Source: a virus. Taken from it: DNA of 64,000 nt. Under the pieces are notes generated by a model. The model was not told the DNA's origin. It did no database searches and saw nothing but the letters and a program-made list of their open reading frames with translations. The DNA lies in the IMG/VR virus record IMGVR_UViG_3300045988_122521, one strand, 5' to 3'. Made by a program: the position numbers and the translations under genes. Shown here piece after piece: positions 1 through 9,832 of the stretch (position 1 is the stretch's first letter; each line of letters begins with the position of its first letter).

Positions 1-92
1 TCCGCGCAGTGGCTCACGATCTCCGCCTTCTTCATCAGGGGGATGTACGTTCTTGCGCCCGCAAAAACGTCATTCCAGTTGGTGTTCTCCAT
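1..92 (-). CDS. Hypothetical phage protein, N-terminus only (runs off window)
   Basis: ATG at 92 with a GAGAGGAGTGG RBS. Reads MENTNWNDVFAGARTYIPLMKKAEIVSHC.. and starts 22 nt after the previous stop. Confidence 0.3.
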   Translation of the reverse strand, partial: MENTNWNDVFAGARTYIPLMKKAEIVSHCA

Positions 93-114
93 TGTTTCCA
101 CTCCTCTCAGACTC

Positions 115-303
115 TCAATGGATGTTTTCTTCCCGCTTCGCCCGCAGCCCGCAGGTACGCCACTGGGACGCATTTTCGTTGCGGCAGCTGTCCGGGCAAT
201 AATATTGGTAGCAGCAAAAATCCGTCTCCCCGCTCTGTGCGCGGCATCTCAGGGAGACTTCTCCCCGCTTTCGATAGGCATTTTCACAGGTAGGCTTGCT
301 CAT
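115..303 (-). CDS. Small Cys-rich hypothetical protein
   Basis: 62-aa ORF whose ATG abuts the stop of the upstream gene (303/304 junction). Multiple Cys; no family recognised. Confidence 0.35.
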   Translation of the reverse strand: MSKPTCENAYRKRGEVSLRCRAQSGETDFCCYQYYCPDSCRNENASQWRTCGLRAKREENIH

Positions 304-1623
304 TTACCAACCCTCCAGCGCGATGACTGCGCGCACGCTCTCCTCTCCGCAGCGGGCCGTCACCACCAGCGGTTCCACGCTGCCGCCCCAGCAGGAGATC
401 CGCGCCGTATTCCCGTCTTCTTCCGCAGTGTAGGCACTCGGATCTGCACCGCCGTATGTCCACAGCACCGTGTTCTCTGTCTCGCTGCCGCTTTCGACGT
501 ATACCGCCGTCAGCGTAGTTTTCCCATATGCCTCCAGCCGCACCGCAGGCTCCGTCTGCCAGTGGAGCCCTCCGGTGCTCTCCGCCACCGTCACCTCATA
601 GGTGCCGCAGTGCTCCTCGTTCTGCGCCAGCACCGCCGTGATCGTGCAGCTCCCGCTGCCCACCGCCGTCACATTCCCTACGGGGTCTACACGGCAAACG
701 CGCTCGTCGCTGCTGTACCACAGGTAGCGCACGGGGTGTTCCGCATCGCCGTCTGCCTCCGCGCCGTTCCGCAGGGATGCCGCCGTGAACTTCACCTTTT
801 CTCCGATGCTCATGGCCGCCCTGCCGCCTATCCGTATTTCCCAGCTGAAGGGGTACGCATTGGCCACGCGGAGCACCAGGTCATCCTTTTCTCTGTCCGG
901 CTCCGTCATCCGCGCCGTGAACCGCAGCAGGCGGCAGCTCTCGTCGTCTCCCGTGAATTCCTGCGCCACATCGCTGTATCCCGTGATCTGGTAGGCCATC
1001 CGTCCCATGATCATCCGGCTGTTGACATCCAGGTTTTCCGTCTCGCTGTTGCGCTGGATGATGATGTTGAAGTACCCCTGCATCACCAGCACCGTCTCCT
1101 GAAAGTCGTTGGCGTTGGCGTTCAGCTTCACATTTTCCACCACCATCGGTTCTTTCAGCAGGTTGCCATACCAGTCCAGATGGTTCCATGTGGCGTTGCA
1201 GCGCCGCATGATGCCCCCACCCACTGCGGAGGAGATGTTGGCGGGGTTCGTCACCAGCCATGTGCTCCCCATGGTCTCTACCTTGGCGCCCTCCGGTACA
1301 TACTCGATGCGCCGGTCCACCATCAGGAACTCCTTATAATTATCAATGGGCCGGTCTATGGCGTTGCCCTTTTTCCTGGCGTCCGCCAGACGTATCAGCT
1401 GTCGGCTCCACTCGCAGAAATTGGCGGGGTCGCTGTCCAGCCCCTGCACCCTGCACTCCACGTAGTCCGCGGCATATTTCCCATATGCCTGCACGAACCG
1501 CGCCGTCGGGTCTCCAAAGTAGGGGTTCCTTTTGTCGTTGTACTGTTCCGGCCTGTTGCTGGGTGCCTGCGGCCTTTCCGCCATCGCGGCGATATTCCCC
1601 AGTCCGGTTTTCATATCCGCCAT
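304..1623 (-). CDS. Phage structural protein with C-terminal Ig-like (Big_2-type) domain
   Basis: 439-aa ORF in the late operon. The C-terminal region carries the Big_2-like signature VCRVDPVGNVTAVGSGSCTITAV. A structural role is inferred from position only. Confidence 0.55.
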   Translation of the reverse strand: MADMKTGLGNIAAMAERPQAPSNRPEQYNDKRNPYFGDPTARFVQAYGKYAADYVECRVQGLDSDPANFCEWSRQLIRLADARKKGNAIDRPIDNYKEFLMVDRRIEYVPEGAKVETMGSTWLVTNPANISSAVGGGIMRRCNATWNHLDWYGNLLKEPMVVENVKLNANANDFQETVLVMQGYFNIIIQRNSETENLDVNSRMIMGRMAYQITGYSDVAQEFTGDDESCRLLRFTARMTEPDREKDDLVLRVANAYPFSWEIRIGGRAAMSIGEKVKFTAASLRNGAEADGDAEHPVRYLWYSSDERVCRVDPVGNVTAVGSGSCTITAVLAQNEEHCGTYEVTVAESTGGLHWQTEPAVRLEAYGKTTLTAVYVESGSETENTVLWTYGGADPSAYTAEEDGNTARISCWGGSVEPLVVTARCGEESVRAVIALEGW

Positions 1624-1642
1624 GGCCTCTCACCTCCGCGTC

Positions 1643-2365
1643 TCACAGAAACCGGTATCGTCCGTATCCGCTGCGCCCCCTCTGCACCGTGTTCAGGTAC
1701 GTGCAATCCTGCTCGTACTTGTGGAGCTCGTCCATCAGTCTCGCGCGGTTCTTTTCCTGCTTTGCGGCACCCTCTCTCATGTAGGTGCCCTCGTTCACCG
1801 TGTCAAAGCTGGCGTCCTTTATCTTCATCTGATCGTTGAGCCAGTTGCGGAAGAACCGCTCGTCCCATACGCTTGCCACGCACAGCCCAAGTATCCGCTT
1901 CTGCTCCATTGTCAGCTCGTGACCAAATTCACCGTCTGTGTAAAAGTCCAGCGTGTAGTTTTTTCCCGCCATGTCCTGCATAGGGAACGTCACCACGCCT
2001 GTTTCGGCGTTGTAGCTCGCCCCGGTGTACGGCACCGCCGTCATGCCGCCCGTCACATCCTGCTCCACAATGGCGCAGGAAAACAGCTCGTAGCCCACCA
2101 TTCCGGTGTCCACTTCCGTTTCTCCCACCAGGCTGTTTTCATCGCTGGTCCAGTAGCAGTCTCCATACGCAGGCTGTACCAGCCCCTCCGCCAGATAGGC
2201 CCGCATCTGCACCGGCTGGGAGAACAGAGGGATTGCGTTCTTCACATACAGGCTCATCCGCCGCAGAAACGCAGCCGGATTGTTGGCCGCCTCCTCCTGA
2301 AGCCGCACGTCGTCGATGATCACCATGGCGTGATCCGATATGATCTCGCTCCACTTCGTCCCCAT
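1643..2365 (-). CDS. Hypothetical late (virion-associated?) protein
   Basis: 240-aa ORF, tightly packed in the late operon. No motif recognised. Confidence 0.5.
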   Translation of the reverse strand: MGTKWSEIISDHAMVIIDDVRLQEEAANNPAAFLRRMSLYVKNAIPLFSQPVQMRAYLAEGLVQPAYGDCYWTSDENSLVGETEVDTGMVGYELFSCAIVEQDVTGGMTAVPYTGASYNAETGVVTFPMQDMAGKNYTLDFYTDGEFGHELTMEQKRILGLCVASVWDERFFRNWLNDQMKIKDASFDTVNEGTYMREGAAKQEKNRARLMDELHKYEQDCTYLNTVQRGRSGYGRYRFL

Positions 2366-2377
2366 GTTCTCCCCTCC

Positions 2378-2842
2378 TTATGCCGGAATATAGATCGTTA
2401 TCAGTTCTCCCGCCGTGCCGTCCGTCAGTGCCACGCCGTCCGCGCCGGTCGAATTTCCGCCCAGCCCCTCCACCAGCGGTGCGTTGCTGGGGTATGTGCT
2501 CCCCGACGGATACAGTGTCGCCGAAGGGAATAGCCCTTTCGTGATTTTTACAAAGTCTCCCACCTGTACCACGGAGCCGGGAGCCACCCGGTAGGTCGCC
2601 TCCCAGTCTCCGTTCCCGTACAGGTACAGGGCGTAGCCTTCACCCTCCGCCAGTGGGAAGCGCATCTGCCCGATGTTCGGGTAGGTGGAGTTGTTTATTT
2701 TCAACCCCGCTTTCCACTTTTCCAGCGCTCCGGGCGCACCATTGACTTGCATGAACCGTGCCGTGCCTTCCTCGGCCAGCGGCACCTGCACGACGGAGAC
2801 GCCCGTATAGGTCACGCCGTTGATCTTTACATCTCTCGCCAT
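2378..2842 (-). CDS. Hypothetical late protein
   Basis: 154-aa ORF, tightly packed in the late operon. Confidence 0.5.
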   Translation of the reverse strand: MARDVKINGVTYTGVSVVQVPLAEEGTARFMQVNGAPGALEKWKAGLKINNSTYPNIGQMRFPLAEGEGYALYLYGNGDWEATYRVAPGSVVQVGDFVKITKGLFPSATLYPSGSTYPSNAPLVEGLGGNSTGADGVALTDGTAGELITIYIPA

Positions 2843-2860
2843 GCGTTTCGTTCCTCTCCG

Positions 2861-3046
2861 TCAGGCTATCGTCATCACGCTGCCCGCCACACTGATCTGC
2901 GGCGTTGTCATCGTTCCTACGATGGGTGCCCCTCTTTTGTCGTGGGCGGTAGCGCCTTTCGCCAGTGTGTTGGCCGTCACGCTGTCCTTTGACAGGTCCA
3001 GCTTCACCGCGCCGTCCACCACGACCTTGTTTACGTTTTTCGCCAT
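2861..3046 (-). CDS. Small fibre-like paralog
   Basis: 61 aa. Shares VKLDLSKDSVTANTLAKGATAHDKRGAPIVGT with KIDLTTDSVVPAKLLKGITAHDKTGATITGT of the next gene. Confidence 0.45.
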   Translation of the reverse strand: MAKNVNKVVVDGAVKLDLSKDSVTANTLAKGATAHDKRGAPIVGTMTTPQISVAGSVMTIA

Positions 3047-3074
3047 CGCCCTTTTACCTCGTTTTCTCCGCTTC

Positions 3075-3662
3075 TCAGGCGCCGATGGTCAGCGTCACGC
3101 CGCCGGCCTCGTTGTCCGTCTCGCTCACGGGGATAGCGTTCACCGTCACGCTGGACAGGCAGTTGAACTCCTCGTCGGGCAGGATCTCCTGGCTGGCAAA
3201 GGTGGGGGTCACAGTCTTGGCCTGTGCCTTCATGTCCTCGCTGCCGGACATGGTGCCCTCCACGCCCAGGATAGTCACGCCCTCGCGGATGTTGGTGGCG
3301 ATGAGCTTGGCCTGCTCCGCCTCGGCGATCTGCACGGTGCCGCTTCCGTCGTGGAAGCCCAGGGGCACGGTATACACCTGCGCCTTGGTGGTGATGTTGC
3401 CCGCCACAGCGCCGTTGTTGGGCATCGTACCGGTGACCTCCGCGCCCTTCACGAATGCGGTCTTGCCCAGCAGGATCTCCGCAGCGGACGCGGTAGCGCC
3501 GGAGGTATCCGCATCAAAGGTACACGTACCCGTGATGGTCGCACCCGTCTTGTCGTGGGCGGTAATGCCCTTGAGCAGTTTGGCAGGCACCACGCTGTCG
3601 GTGGTCAGATCGATTTTTACCTGTCCGCCAATAATTACTTTGTTGATGAACTGATTAGCCAT
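3075..3662 (-). CDS. Fibre/spike-like structural protein (putative)
   Basis: Start MANQFINK with AGGAG 11 nt upstream. Has repeated G-x-T/A-x4-G-x4-GT motifs. Its C-terminal AGGVTLTIG is shared with 3655..3951. Confidence 0.5.
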   Translation of the reverse strand: MANQFINKVIIGGQVKIDLTTDSVVPAKLLKGITAHDKTGATITGTCTFDADTSGATASAAEILLGKTAFVKGAEVTGTMPNNGAVAGNITTKAQVYTVPLGFHDGSGTVQIAEAEQAKLIATNIREGVTILGVEGTMSGSEDMKAQAKTVTPTFASQEILPDEEFNCLSSVTVNAIPVSETDNEAGGVTLTIGA

Positions 3663-3951
3663 ACTCCACATCTCCTATTGTCAAAGTTTTTCCGCCGGCG
3701 GCATTACTGACTTCGTACTGCGGTATCTTCTTTACCGTCACGTCGTCTCTCATGCGTTTGGCTTTTGTATGCAGCACAACAGGCTCGTCCACCTGTGGTG
3801 TTACCTCGTATTCCCCCTCGTAGTCGGGCACGATCTCTCCGCCGGTCTGTATCACGACATCCCTGATTTCGATCTCCACAACGGGCGTTCCCACTGGGGT
3901 CTTGGCGGTGTCGGCTTTTTCTCTCCCTGCCGCAAACTGCTGCAGCGCCAT
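3655..3951 (-). CDS. Hypothetical late protein (shares C-terminal AGGKTLTIG motif with neighbour)
   Basis: 98-aa ORF. Stop overlaps the next start. Confidence 0.45.
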   Translation of the reverse strand: MALQQFAAGREKADTAKTPVGTPVVEIEIRDVVIQTGGEIVPDYEGEYEVTPQVDEPVVLHTKAKRMRDDVTVKKIPQYEVSNAAGGKTLTIGDVEYG

Positions 3952-4260
3952 TCACATCACCCCTTTGGATCTGCTGGCGGAGACGTATATGGTCTTTCCC
4001 TTCGCCCCCACGACGCTCTCGTCGTTGAACTTGATCCGCGCCTGTACCGGCGGCGTTCTTCCTGCCTTGAAGGTGAACGTCTGCTCCTGCGTCAGCGGAA
4101 ACAGCCACTGCCCGTTTTCCTCGTCGTAGCGCACCGCGCCTGGATACGTTCTGGTCAGGTTCCCTATGGTGATCTCCAGCGTCAGCACCATCTCCGGCGT
4201 GATCAGCAGTTCTCCCTGCCGCAGCACGACGGGGATTGAGTAGGCATCCCCCTGCATCAT
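3952..4260 (-). CDS. Hypothetical late protein
   Basis: Start MMQGDAYS, preceded by a GGAAGGAGGG RBS. 102 aa. Confidence 0.45.
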   Translation of the reverse strand: MMQGDAYSIPVVLRQGELLITPEMVLTLEITIGNLTRTYPGAVRYDEENGQWLFPLTQEQTFTFKAGRTPPVQARIKFNDESVVGAKGKTIYVSASRSKGVM

Positions 4261-4312
4261 GGCCGTTCCCTCCTTCCCGCATGTCTCCAAAGTGGTCGCG
4301 ATCTCGACCGCT

Positions 4313-5152
4313 TTACTTGGTGTCCTTCTCGTTCATATCCTCGATGATGGCGATAAAGTCGCCCTTTTCGTGTCCCTGGCGCTTGCTCATGGCGTTCAGT
4401 TTCACCGTGCGGTCGCGGGTCACGCAGGTGCTCCCCTTCCGATAGGCATCGGCGTACATCTGCGCCACCATCATCTTGTGCCCCTCGCACAGCGCAGGGT
4501 AGATGTCCAGCAGCGCATCACCAAGCTCCACCATCTTGGCGAAAGCTCTCTTGTCCAGCACCTCGCCGTCCTTATAGTCCACCCCCAGCGCCTCGCGCTC
4601 CTCTCCGGTCAGCCCGCTGACCACCATCAGCCAGCGCTGCGCCATATAGCGGCGATTCGCCTCCGTCAGGATGCGGCTCAGATCGGGCTTCGGCACATAG
4701 AAACTGCCGGTCTTTCCCACGATGTTCCCGTACATTCCGCCGTCGCCGAACTGCACCACATTGTCATCCGCCACAGGCGCCATCCACAGGAAATGCACCT
4801 GCTCGGCGCTGGTGCTGACCTGCACGATCTGAGGCACCGCCTGCTGCGGGAGGTTCCGCAGCGCTGCTTCCACGGCGGCAGCCGCCGCCTTTTCGCTGGC
4901 TTCCTTCACGATCTGCTCCACCTGCTCGGCGGTATACATGACAGGACTCTCCGGTGCAGGCAGCACGGCCTCTTTCTCCACCTGCACATCTTCGCCCTTC
5001 AGATCCGGTCTCAGTTCCGTCAGCGGCGTTTCACTGCCGTCCGATCCCACTGCGGTCACGTTCTCCGCCGGCACCGTGAGCAATTCCTCCTCGCCGGTCT
5101 CCGCCGCGATCTGGGAGGCCAGCTGGCTCCCGTTTCTCTTCTGTCTGCCCAT
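4313..5152 (-). CDS. Hypothetical late protein
   Basis: Start MGRQKRNG with a GAGAGGAG RBS; the longer ORF-track start lies in the tRNA spacer. 279 aa. Confidence 0.5.
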   Translation of the reverse strand: MGRQKRNGSQLASQIAAETGEEELLTVPAENVTAVGSDGSETPLTELRPDLKGEDVQVEKEAVLPAPESPVMYTAEQVEQIVKEASEKAAAAAVEAALRNLPQQAVPQIVQVSTSAEQVHFLWMAPVADDNVVQFGDGGMYGNIVGKTGSFYVPKPDLSRILTEANRRYMAQRWLMVVSGLTGEEREALGVDYKDGEVLDKRAFAKMVELGDALLDIYPALCEGHKMMVAQMYADAYRKGSTCVTRDRTVKLNAMSKRQGHEKGDFIAIIEDMNEKDTK

Positions 5153-5282
5153 GTTTTCGCTCCTCTCAGATTTTTCATGGCTTGACTGCTTAGCTGTTTC
5201 TCCGCAGCACGTCAAGGCTCCCGCCGCTGCCCCGTTTACACGTCGGCGTGCTGCATACCCGCGGCTTCGCCGCACATCCTTG

Positions 5283-5358
5283 TGGCGGAAACGGCAGGAC
5301 TCGAACCTGCGGCCCTCTGATTAACAATCAGATGCTCCTCCAACTGAGCTACGCTTCC
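5283..5358 (-). tRNA. tRNA-Asn: tRNA-Asn (anticodon GTT), CCA encoded
   Basis: Hand fold: acceptor GGAAGCG/CGTTTCC, D arm GCTC-AGTTGGAG-GAGC, anticodon arm TCTGA-TTGTTAA-TCAGA, T arm GCAGG-TTCGAGT-CCTGC. 76 nt. Confidence 0.85.
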
Positions 5359-5531
5359 GTAGGGGGCTTTCGCCCCCGTATAAAGTCCCTTTCGGGCGAA
5401 AACGATCCACCGTTTTCATCTGAATGTCTCCCCTGGGTCACATTGTGGAGAGGTGCGGGGAGTTCTGTTTTATGGGCGCACTTTCCGGTCAGCTGCTGTG
5501 GTTCTCGACCTCGGCAGCGTCTCTCCGCTTT

Positions 5532-5606
5532 TGGCACAGACTCAGGGATTCGAACCCCATCCTGCGGTTTTGGAGACCGCCGTTCTCCCGATCAAACTCA
5601 GTCCGC
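5532..5606 (-). tRNA. tRNA-Trp: tRNA-Trp (anticodon CCA), CCA encoded
   Basis: Hand fold: anticodon arm GCGGT-CTCCAAA-ACCGC, T loop TTCGAAT. The acceptor has two G-U pairs. 75 nt. Confidence 0.7.
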
Positions 5607-5648
5607 ATACGGGGAGGGGCTTTCTGCCCCATCCCCCTCCTCGCTTTG

Positions 5649-6866
5649 TCAGATCGTCACGTGTGCGATCTTGGAGGCAAACGTAGCCACGCTGTCCAGC
5701 GCGATGGTCAGATTCAGTCCGATCTCAAAGTCGCCGGTGCGGGTGGGGTCCATCTCAATAGAGATGGGCGTGCCGCTGGTGTAGCCGATGGTCAGGGGCT
5801 TTCTGCCGTTGCCCGCCAGCATCCAGATGTCGTTCTCGCTGAGCATGGTCTCCACGGTGGTGTTCTGAGTGCCGGGGATGATAACGTCCCGCATGGGCAT
5901 CAGGCGCACCGCCATGAACTCGCCCAGGTAGCCGGCCTTGGTGTAGTCGGCACCCAGCAGCGTGGCGATAGCGGCGTCCATGTTCACGTTGGTGGAGCCG
6001 GTCACGGTGTTGGGCAGTACCTTGCTCAGGGCCACGGTGCCGCCGGTAGCAAACACGTCGGAGATGGTGGTGTTGTTCAGCGCGGCGATCTTGTTGGCGC
6101 CCTTCACCCAGTTCTGGTTGTTGAAGGTGAAGTTCAGGTTGGTGGGGATCAGGCTGGTGTCCTCCGTGGCGGTGGTCATGGCCTCGTTCCACATACCCAT
6201 GGTCTTGGCGTACATACCCGCCACCATGTTGGCGAAGAAAACGCCGAAGTCCATGTTGGTGCCCACCAGCTGCATCCACTTGGCGGTGATCCAGCAGCTC
6301 TTGGGGGTGGGGTTCAGCGTGTAATCGCGGGAATAGAAGCGATTACGCGGCACGCTGCGGCTGGCGCCCCAGCTGGAGTCCTGGAAAACGGGGATGTCGT
6401 TGCTGCCGATGCTCACGGCGTAGGTCTGGCCCAGCTCGATCTCCACGGTCTCGGCGAAGTCGCTCAGCGCCTCGGAGTACACGGCGGGCAGAATGGGGAT
6501 GATGACCTCCTGCCAGATGCCCTGCAGCACGGCGTAGAAGCGGGCGTTGCCGTAATACTCGCCGCCGTTGCGCTTGAACTCTTCCCAGCTCTCGGGTGCC
6601 TTCTTGCCGGTGCTGGCGCAGGCCAGCTTGGCGGCATACAGCAGGCTCTCCCGCTGGAACTGCTCGTTCAGCTGCTTGTAGCCCCGGTCGTTCATGGTGC
6701 GCTGCACGGTGGTGTTCTGCCCCTTGGCGCTCAGAACGGCCATCTTGCCCTTCAGGGCGTGTTCATAAAACAGCACGCGGCCCTTGGCCACGATGTCCTC
6801 GCGCTGGTCGTTTCCGTTGATGGCGAAAACCTCATTGGAAACGCTGTTCAGGTTCAGCTTTGCCAT
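5649..6866 (-). CDS. Major capsid protein (putative)
   Basis: 405-aa ORF with high third-position GC, in the canonical portal-scaffold-capsid position. No diagnostic motif could be verified by eye. Confidence 0.6.
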   Translation of the reverse strand: MAKLNLNSVSNEVFAINGNDQREDIVAKGRVLFYEHALKGKMAVLSAKGQNTTVQRTMNDRGYKQLNEQFQRESLLYAAKLACASTGKKAPESWEEFKRNGGEYYGNARFYAVLQGIWQEVIIPILPAVYSEALSDFAETVEIELGQTYAVSIGSNDIPVFQDSSWGASRSVPRNRFYSRDYTLNPTPKSCWITAKWMQLVGTNMDFGVFFANMVAGMYAKTMGMWNEAMTTATEDTSLIPTNLNFTFNNQNWVKGANKIAALNNTTISDVFATGGTVALSKVLPNTVTGSTNVNMDAAIATLLGADYTKAGYLGEFMAVRLMPMRDVIIPGTQNTTVETMLSENDIWMLAGNGRKPLTIGYTSGTPISIEMDPTRTGDFEIGLNLTIALDSVATFASKIAHVTI

Positions 6867-6889
6867 TTCTTACTCACTCTCCTCTCTTG

Positions 6890-7483
6890 TCACGCGGTCA
6901 CGGTGCTGACCTTGCAGGCCCACACGTCGTAGTACACGAAGCTCTGCCCGGCGCCCTCGGTGAAGTTGCCGGTGCCCTTCAGCTTGAAGTAAATGGCGCC
7001 GGTAGCAGTGGGGGCGGCAGCGGCGGGAACCAGCAGGCCGTTGGCGATGGTGAAGACGGTGTTCTCGCCGATGGCGGTGCTCAGGTTGCCCTCGCCGAAG
7101 CGGTAGGCGTGCTTGCCGTCAAACACGATCTCGGTAAAGGTGCCGTCCCGGCCGGCGGGGATGCCCAGCCCCAGCGTGGCGGTGCCCACGGCGTAGTTGT
7201 TGCCGTTGCGTCCGTTCAGCGTGGGCCACTCGTAGGTGTTGCAGGCGTACACGCCGGTGTCGGCGTTGGCGGCAGCACCCGCAGCGGTCATATAAAAGGC
7301 GTTCTCGTTCTTGATGCCCTTGAAGCCCGCGCAGGGAAGTTGCTCGCCGCGCACCACCAGCAGGCCCGCGGAGCAGTCCGCATCCGCCTCGGACACCTGA
7401 TAGCGTCCCGTGATGTTGCACAGTTCGTTGAACTCGTTGTTGGTGATCCGCGGCTCAAACGCGGTTTTCTCAATGTATGCCAT
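6890..7483 (-). CDS. Hypothetical head-module protein (decoration/accessory?)
   Basis: 197-aa ORF between the scaffold-like and capsid genes. Confidence 0.45.
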   Translation of the reverse strand: MAYIEKTAFEPRITNNEFNELCNITGRYQVSEADADCSAGLLVVRGEQLPCAGFKGIKNENAFYMTAAGAAANADTGVYACNTYEWPTLNGRNGNNYAVGTATLGLGIPAGRDGTFTEIVFDGKHAYRFGEGNLSTAIGENTVFTIANGLLVPAAAAPTATGAIYFKLKGTGNFTEGAGQSFVYYDVWACKVSTVTA

Positions 7484-7506
7484 GTTTGTTCACTCTCCTT
7501 TTCGTT

Positions 7507-8901
7507 TTACTTGCCGGCGTCGATGCCCCACTTGTTCAGCAGAGCGTCCACACCCTCGCTTCCCTCGCCGCTGTTGCCGGCGATGCGCTGCCAGGCGTAG
7601 GTGGTCTTGCGCTTCTGTGCGCTGCGCTTGTCGCTCTCCATCACGGCCTCGCCGCACACGGCCAGCACCGCCTCGCGCACCAGCTTCTCGCCCAGCCACG
7701 CACCGTCCTTGTCGCAGCTGTTGGCGTACAGTCCGGCCTCGATGTTCTCGTTCACCGCCTTGATGGCGTCCTCCGCCACCTTTTCCTCCCGGTTGGCGTT
7801 GAAGGCATCCAGCGTAGCCTTGGCGGAAGCCTTGCAGGCGCTCAGCCGGCGCTTGCTCTCCGCCTCCTGCATGGCGCTGATCTGCTCGTTGGCTGCTTCC
7901 AACTTGGCGTTCAGGCTCTTTACATCGCCGTCGGTCTCCTTCACGGAGGCCACGGTGTAGTCCACCACGTCCGCCACATCGGCGTTCAGCTCCACCTCGC
8001 CCACGCTCAGCACGATGTGCGCCGCGCAGGGCATGATCTTGCTGGCGATCACCTCGCCGTTGTCGTCAGCGTTAAAGGTGTAGCCGAAAAGATTGCCGGA
8101 AGCGTCCAGCAGCGCCACGTTCAGCCCGTCCTTGCTCATGGAGAGCACCTTGTGGTTGGGAAACTTGGTCTGCATCTGCTCCATCGCTCTCTTGTTCATG
8201 TTGCTTTTCACTCCTTTTTTTGTGTTTTTGTCGGGTTCGTTGCCGTCGCTGCCCTCTGCGGCTGTGTGCAGCGACGCGGCCCGCAGCTTCAATTCCTTAA
8301 ATTCCTCCTGCATGGCCGCCAGCTTTGCGATGCTCGCCCCCGGTATCGCCGGGTTTACTCTGTCTCCCAGAATGGTCACGCCTATGCCCGACCATTTGGT
8401 AAACACGTCCACATCGCCCTCTTTGTGGCTCTCCGACACCATTGTCTCGGCGGAAACATCCATCGTGCCCTGTTCCACGATCTTCCGCGTCAGCTCCGGG
8501 GCGTAAAAAGCAAATAGCCGACCCTTCGCTCTGAGCCATGTATGACCGCCCCTCTCCACAAGGGTAAAGTCCTTTTCGTCGTCGGACAGCGTTCCCACGA
8601 TGCGCTCCGCCGTCCCCTCCATGAAGGATTGGTACTCCTCCCCGGTCTTTGGATCCCGGCGCTTGCTCATGTTGTGTCCGTCCCCCACCTGCTGCCCCAC
8701 ATAGGCGATCAGAATGGGCTGCCCGATGAAGGTCTTGTAGTAGTCCCGCAGGTTGCGGTAGTCCCACTTGTTCCGGTTCTCGCCTTCGCGCATGACCCAC
8801 AGCTCCACGCCGAACTCATACTCGTTCAGCTTCTGCATCACCTGTAGGGTGCCGCTGGCGCTCACATTCTTGGGCAGTGCCTTGGTTTTCAGCGAGCTCA
8901 T
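7507..8901 (-). CDS. Scaffolding / prohead-maturation protein (putative)
   Basis: 464 aa. Globular N-half followed by a long Ala/Glu/Lys-rich coiled-coil-like C-half. Lies downstream of the portal. Confidence 0.45.
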   Translation of the reverse strand: MSSLKTKALPKNVSASGTLQVMQKLNEYEFGVELWVMREGENRNKWDYRNLRDYYKTFIGQPILIAYVGQQVGDGHNMSKRRDPKTGEEYQSFMEGTAERIVGTLSDDEKDFTLVERGGHTWLRAKGRLFAFYAPELTRKIVEQGTMDVSAETMVSESHKEGDVDVFTKWSGIGVTILGDRVNPAIPGASIAKLAAMQEEFKELKLRAASLHTAAEGSDGNEPDKNTKKGVKSNMNKRAMEQMQTKFPNHKVLSMSKDGLNVALLDASGNLFGYTFNADDNGEVIASKIMPCAAHIVLSVGEVELNADVADVVDYTVASVKETDGDVKSLNAKLEAANEQISAMQEAESKRRLSACKASAKATLDAFNANREEKVAEDAIKAVNENIEAGLYANSCDKDGAWLGEKLVREAVLAVCGEAVMESDKRSAQKRKTTYAWQRIAGNSGEGSEGVDALLNKWGIDAGK

Positions 8902-9434
8902 TCGTCCTCACCGCCTTCAAACAGTTCTCTGCACCAACTGTCAAAGGTGGCGCGGCTCATTTCACCGTTGTCCCACATGGTCCAGGCGTCCAGCAGCTTC
9001 CGCCGGTCGTCGGTGTTTGCGATCTGTAGTTCCTCCGCCTTCAGCGACAGGGCGTTGAACTCCCCATCCGCCGTGGCGCGGATAAATCCGCCCAGTGCCT
9101 CGTTGACACCGTCCACAATGGCCACGCACACCTCGAATACCCGGTCCAGGTCGTTGTCAAAGTCCTCGTCCAGCTCCGGCGTACCTGGGTACATCAGCCG
9201 CAAATGGTAGTCGTGGGGTATCTCCGCGAACTCGTCTATCCGCTCCGGCTGCTTATGCTCCAGTTTATGGATCGCATCCGACAGAAACGGCATACCCATG
9301 TCGCACAGCACCCGGTCCTTGATGTCCGCGAACCACTTTTCCGCGTTGCCGTATGCCTCCATCACTCGGCGCATCGGCTCCCGCATAGGCGCGAACCGCG
9401 GGTTATCCCAGCTGGCGTATTCCTGTGCTCTCAT
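8898..9434 (-). CDS. Hypothetical head-module protein
   Basis: 178-aa acidic ORF. Its stop overlaps the next start by 4 nt. Confidence 0.5.
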   Translation of the reverse strand: MRAQEYASWDNPRFAPMREPMRRVMEAYGNAEKWFADIKDRVLCDMGMPFLSDAIHKLEHKQPERIDEFAEIPHDYHLRLMYPGTPELDEDFDNDLDRVFEVCVAIVDGVNEALGGFIRATADGEFNALSLKAEELQIANTDDRRKLLDAWTMWDNGEMSRATFDSWCRELFEGGEDE

Positions 9435-9655
9435 GTCCTCACTCCCTCTCTCCGCAAAATGAAAATGGAGCCGCAGCCGGTGTTCTCCACCGGTGCAGCC
9501 CCCTTCGGCTTTTCTCGCAGTCCCTTTACCGCGATTATTCTCTTTTCCACGGCCATCGTGCCTACCTCATTACCCCGCGCATCAGCGCAAGCCTTCGGTC
9601 GCGGCAGCCGCGTTTTCTGTTTTCGTTCCCCACTGTCGCAGGGGCTCTCGCCGCC

Positions 9656-9832
9656 CTATCGCTCCATCGGCACCTGCATAGCCGTGCCTTTCTTTTTCTT
9701 CACCGTGTGTACGGTGTGTGCCTTTATGGCAAGCCCGTCCGCCGTCCGGCGTATCTCCACGTCGTTGCCGCGGGCCAGCTCCCGGTTGATCTCGTGCAGG
9801 TCGTCCGCTGTCAGTATCGCCGTCATGCTCAT
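9656..9832 (-). CDS. Small hypothetical protein
   Basis: Start MSMTAILTADDL just after the portal stop. 58 aa. Confidence 0.4.
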   Translation of the reverse strand: MSMTAILTADDLHEINRELARGNDVEIRRTADGLAIKAHTVHTVKKKKGTAMQVPMER

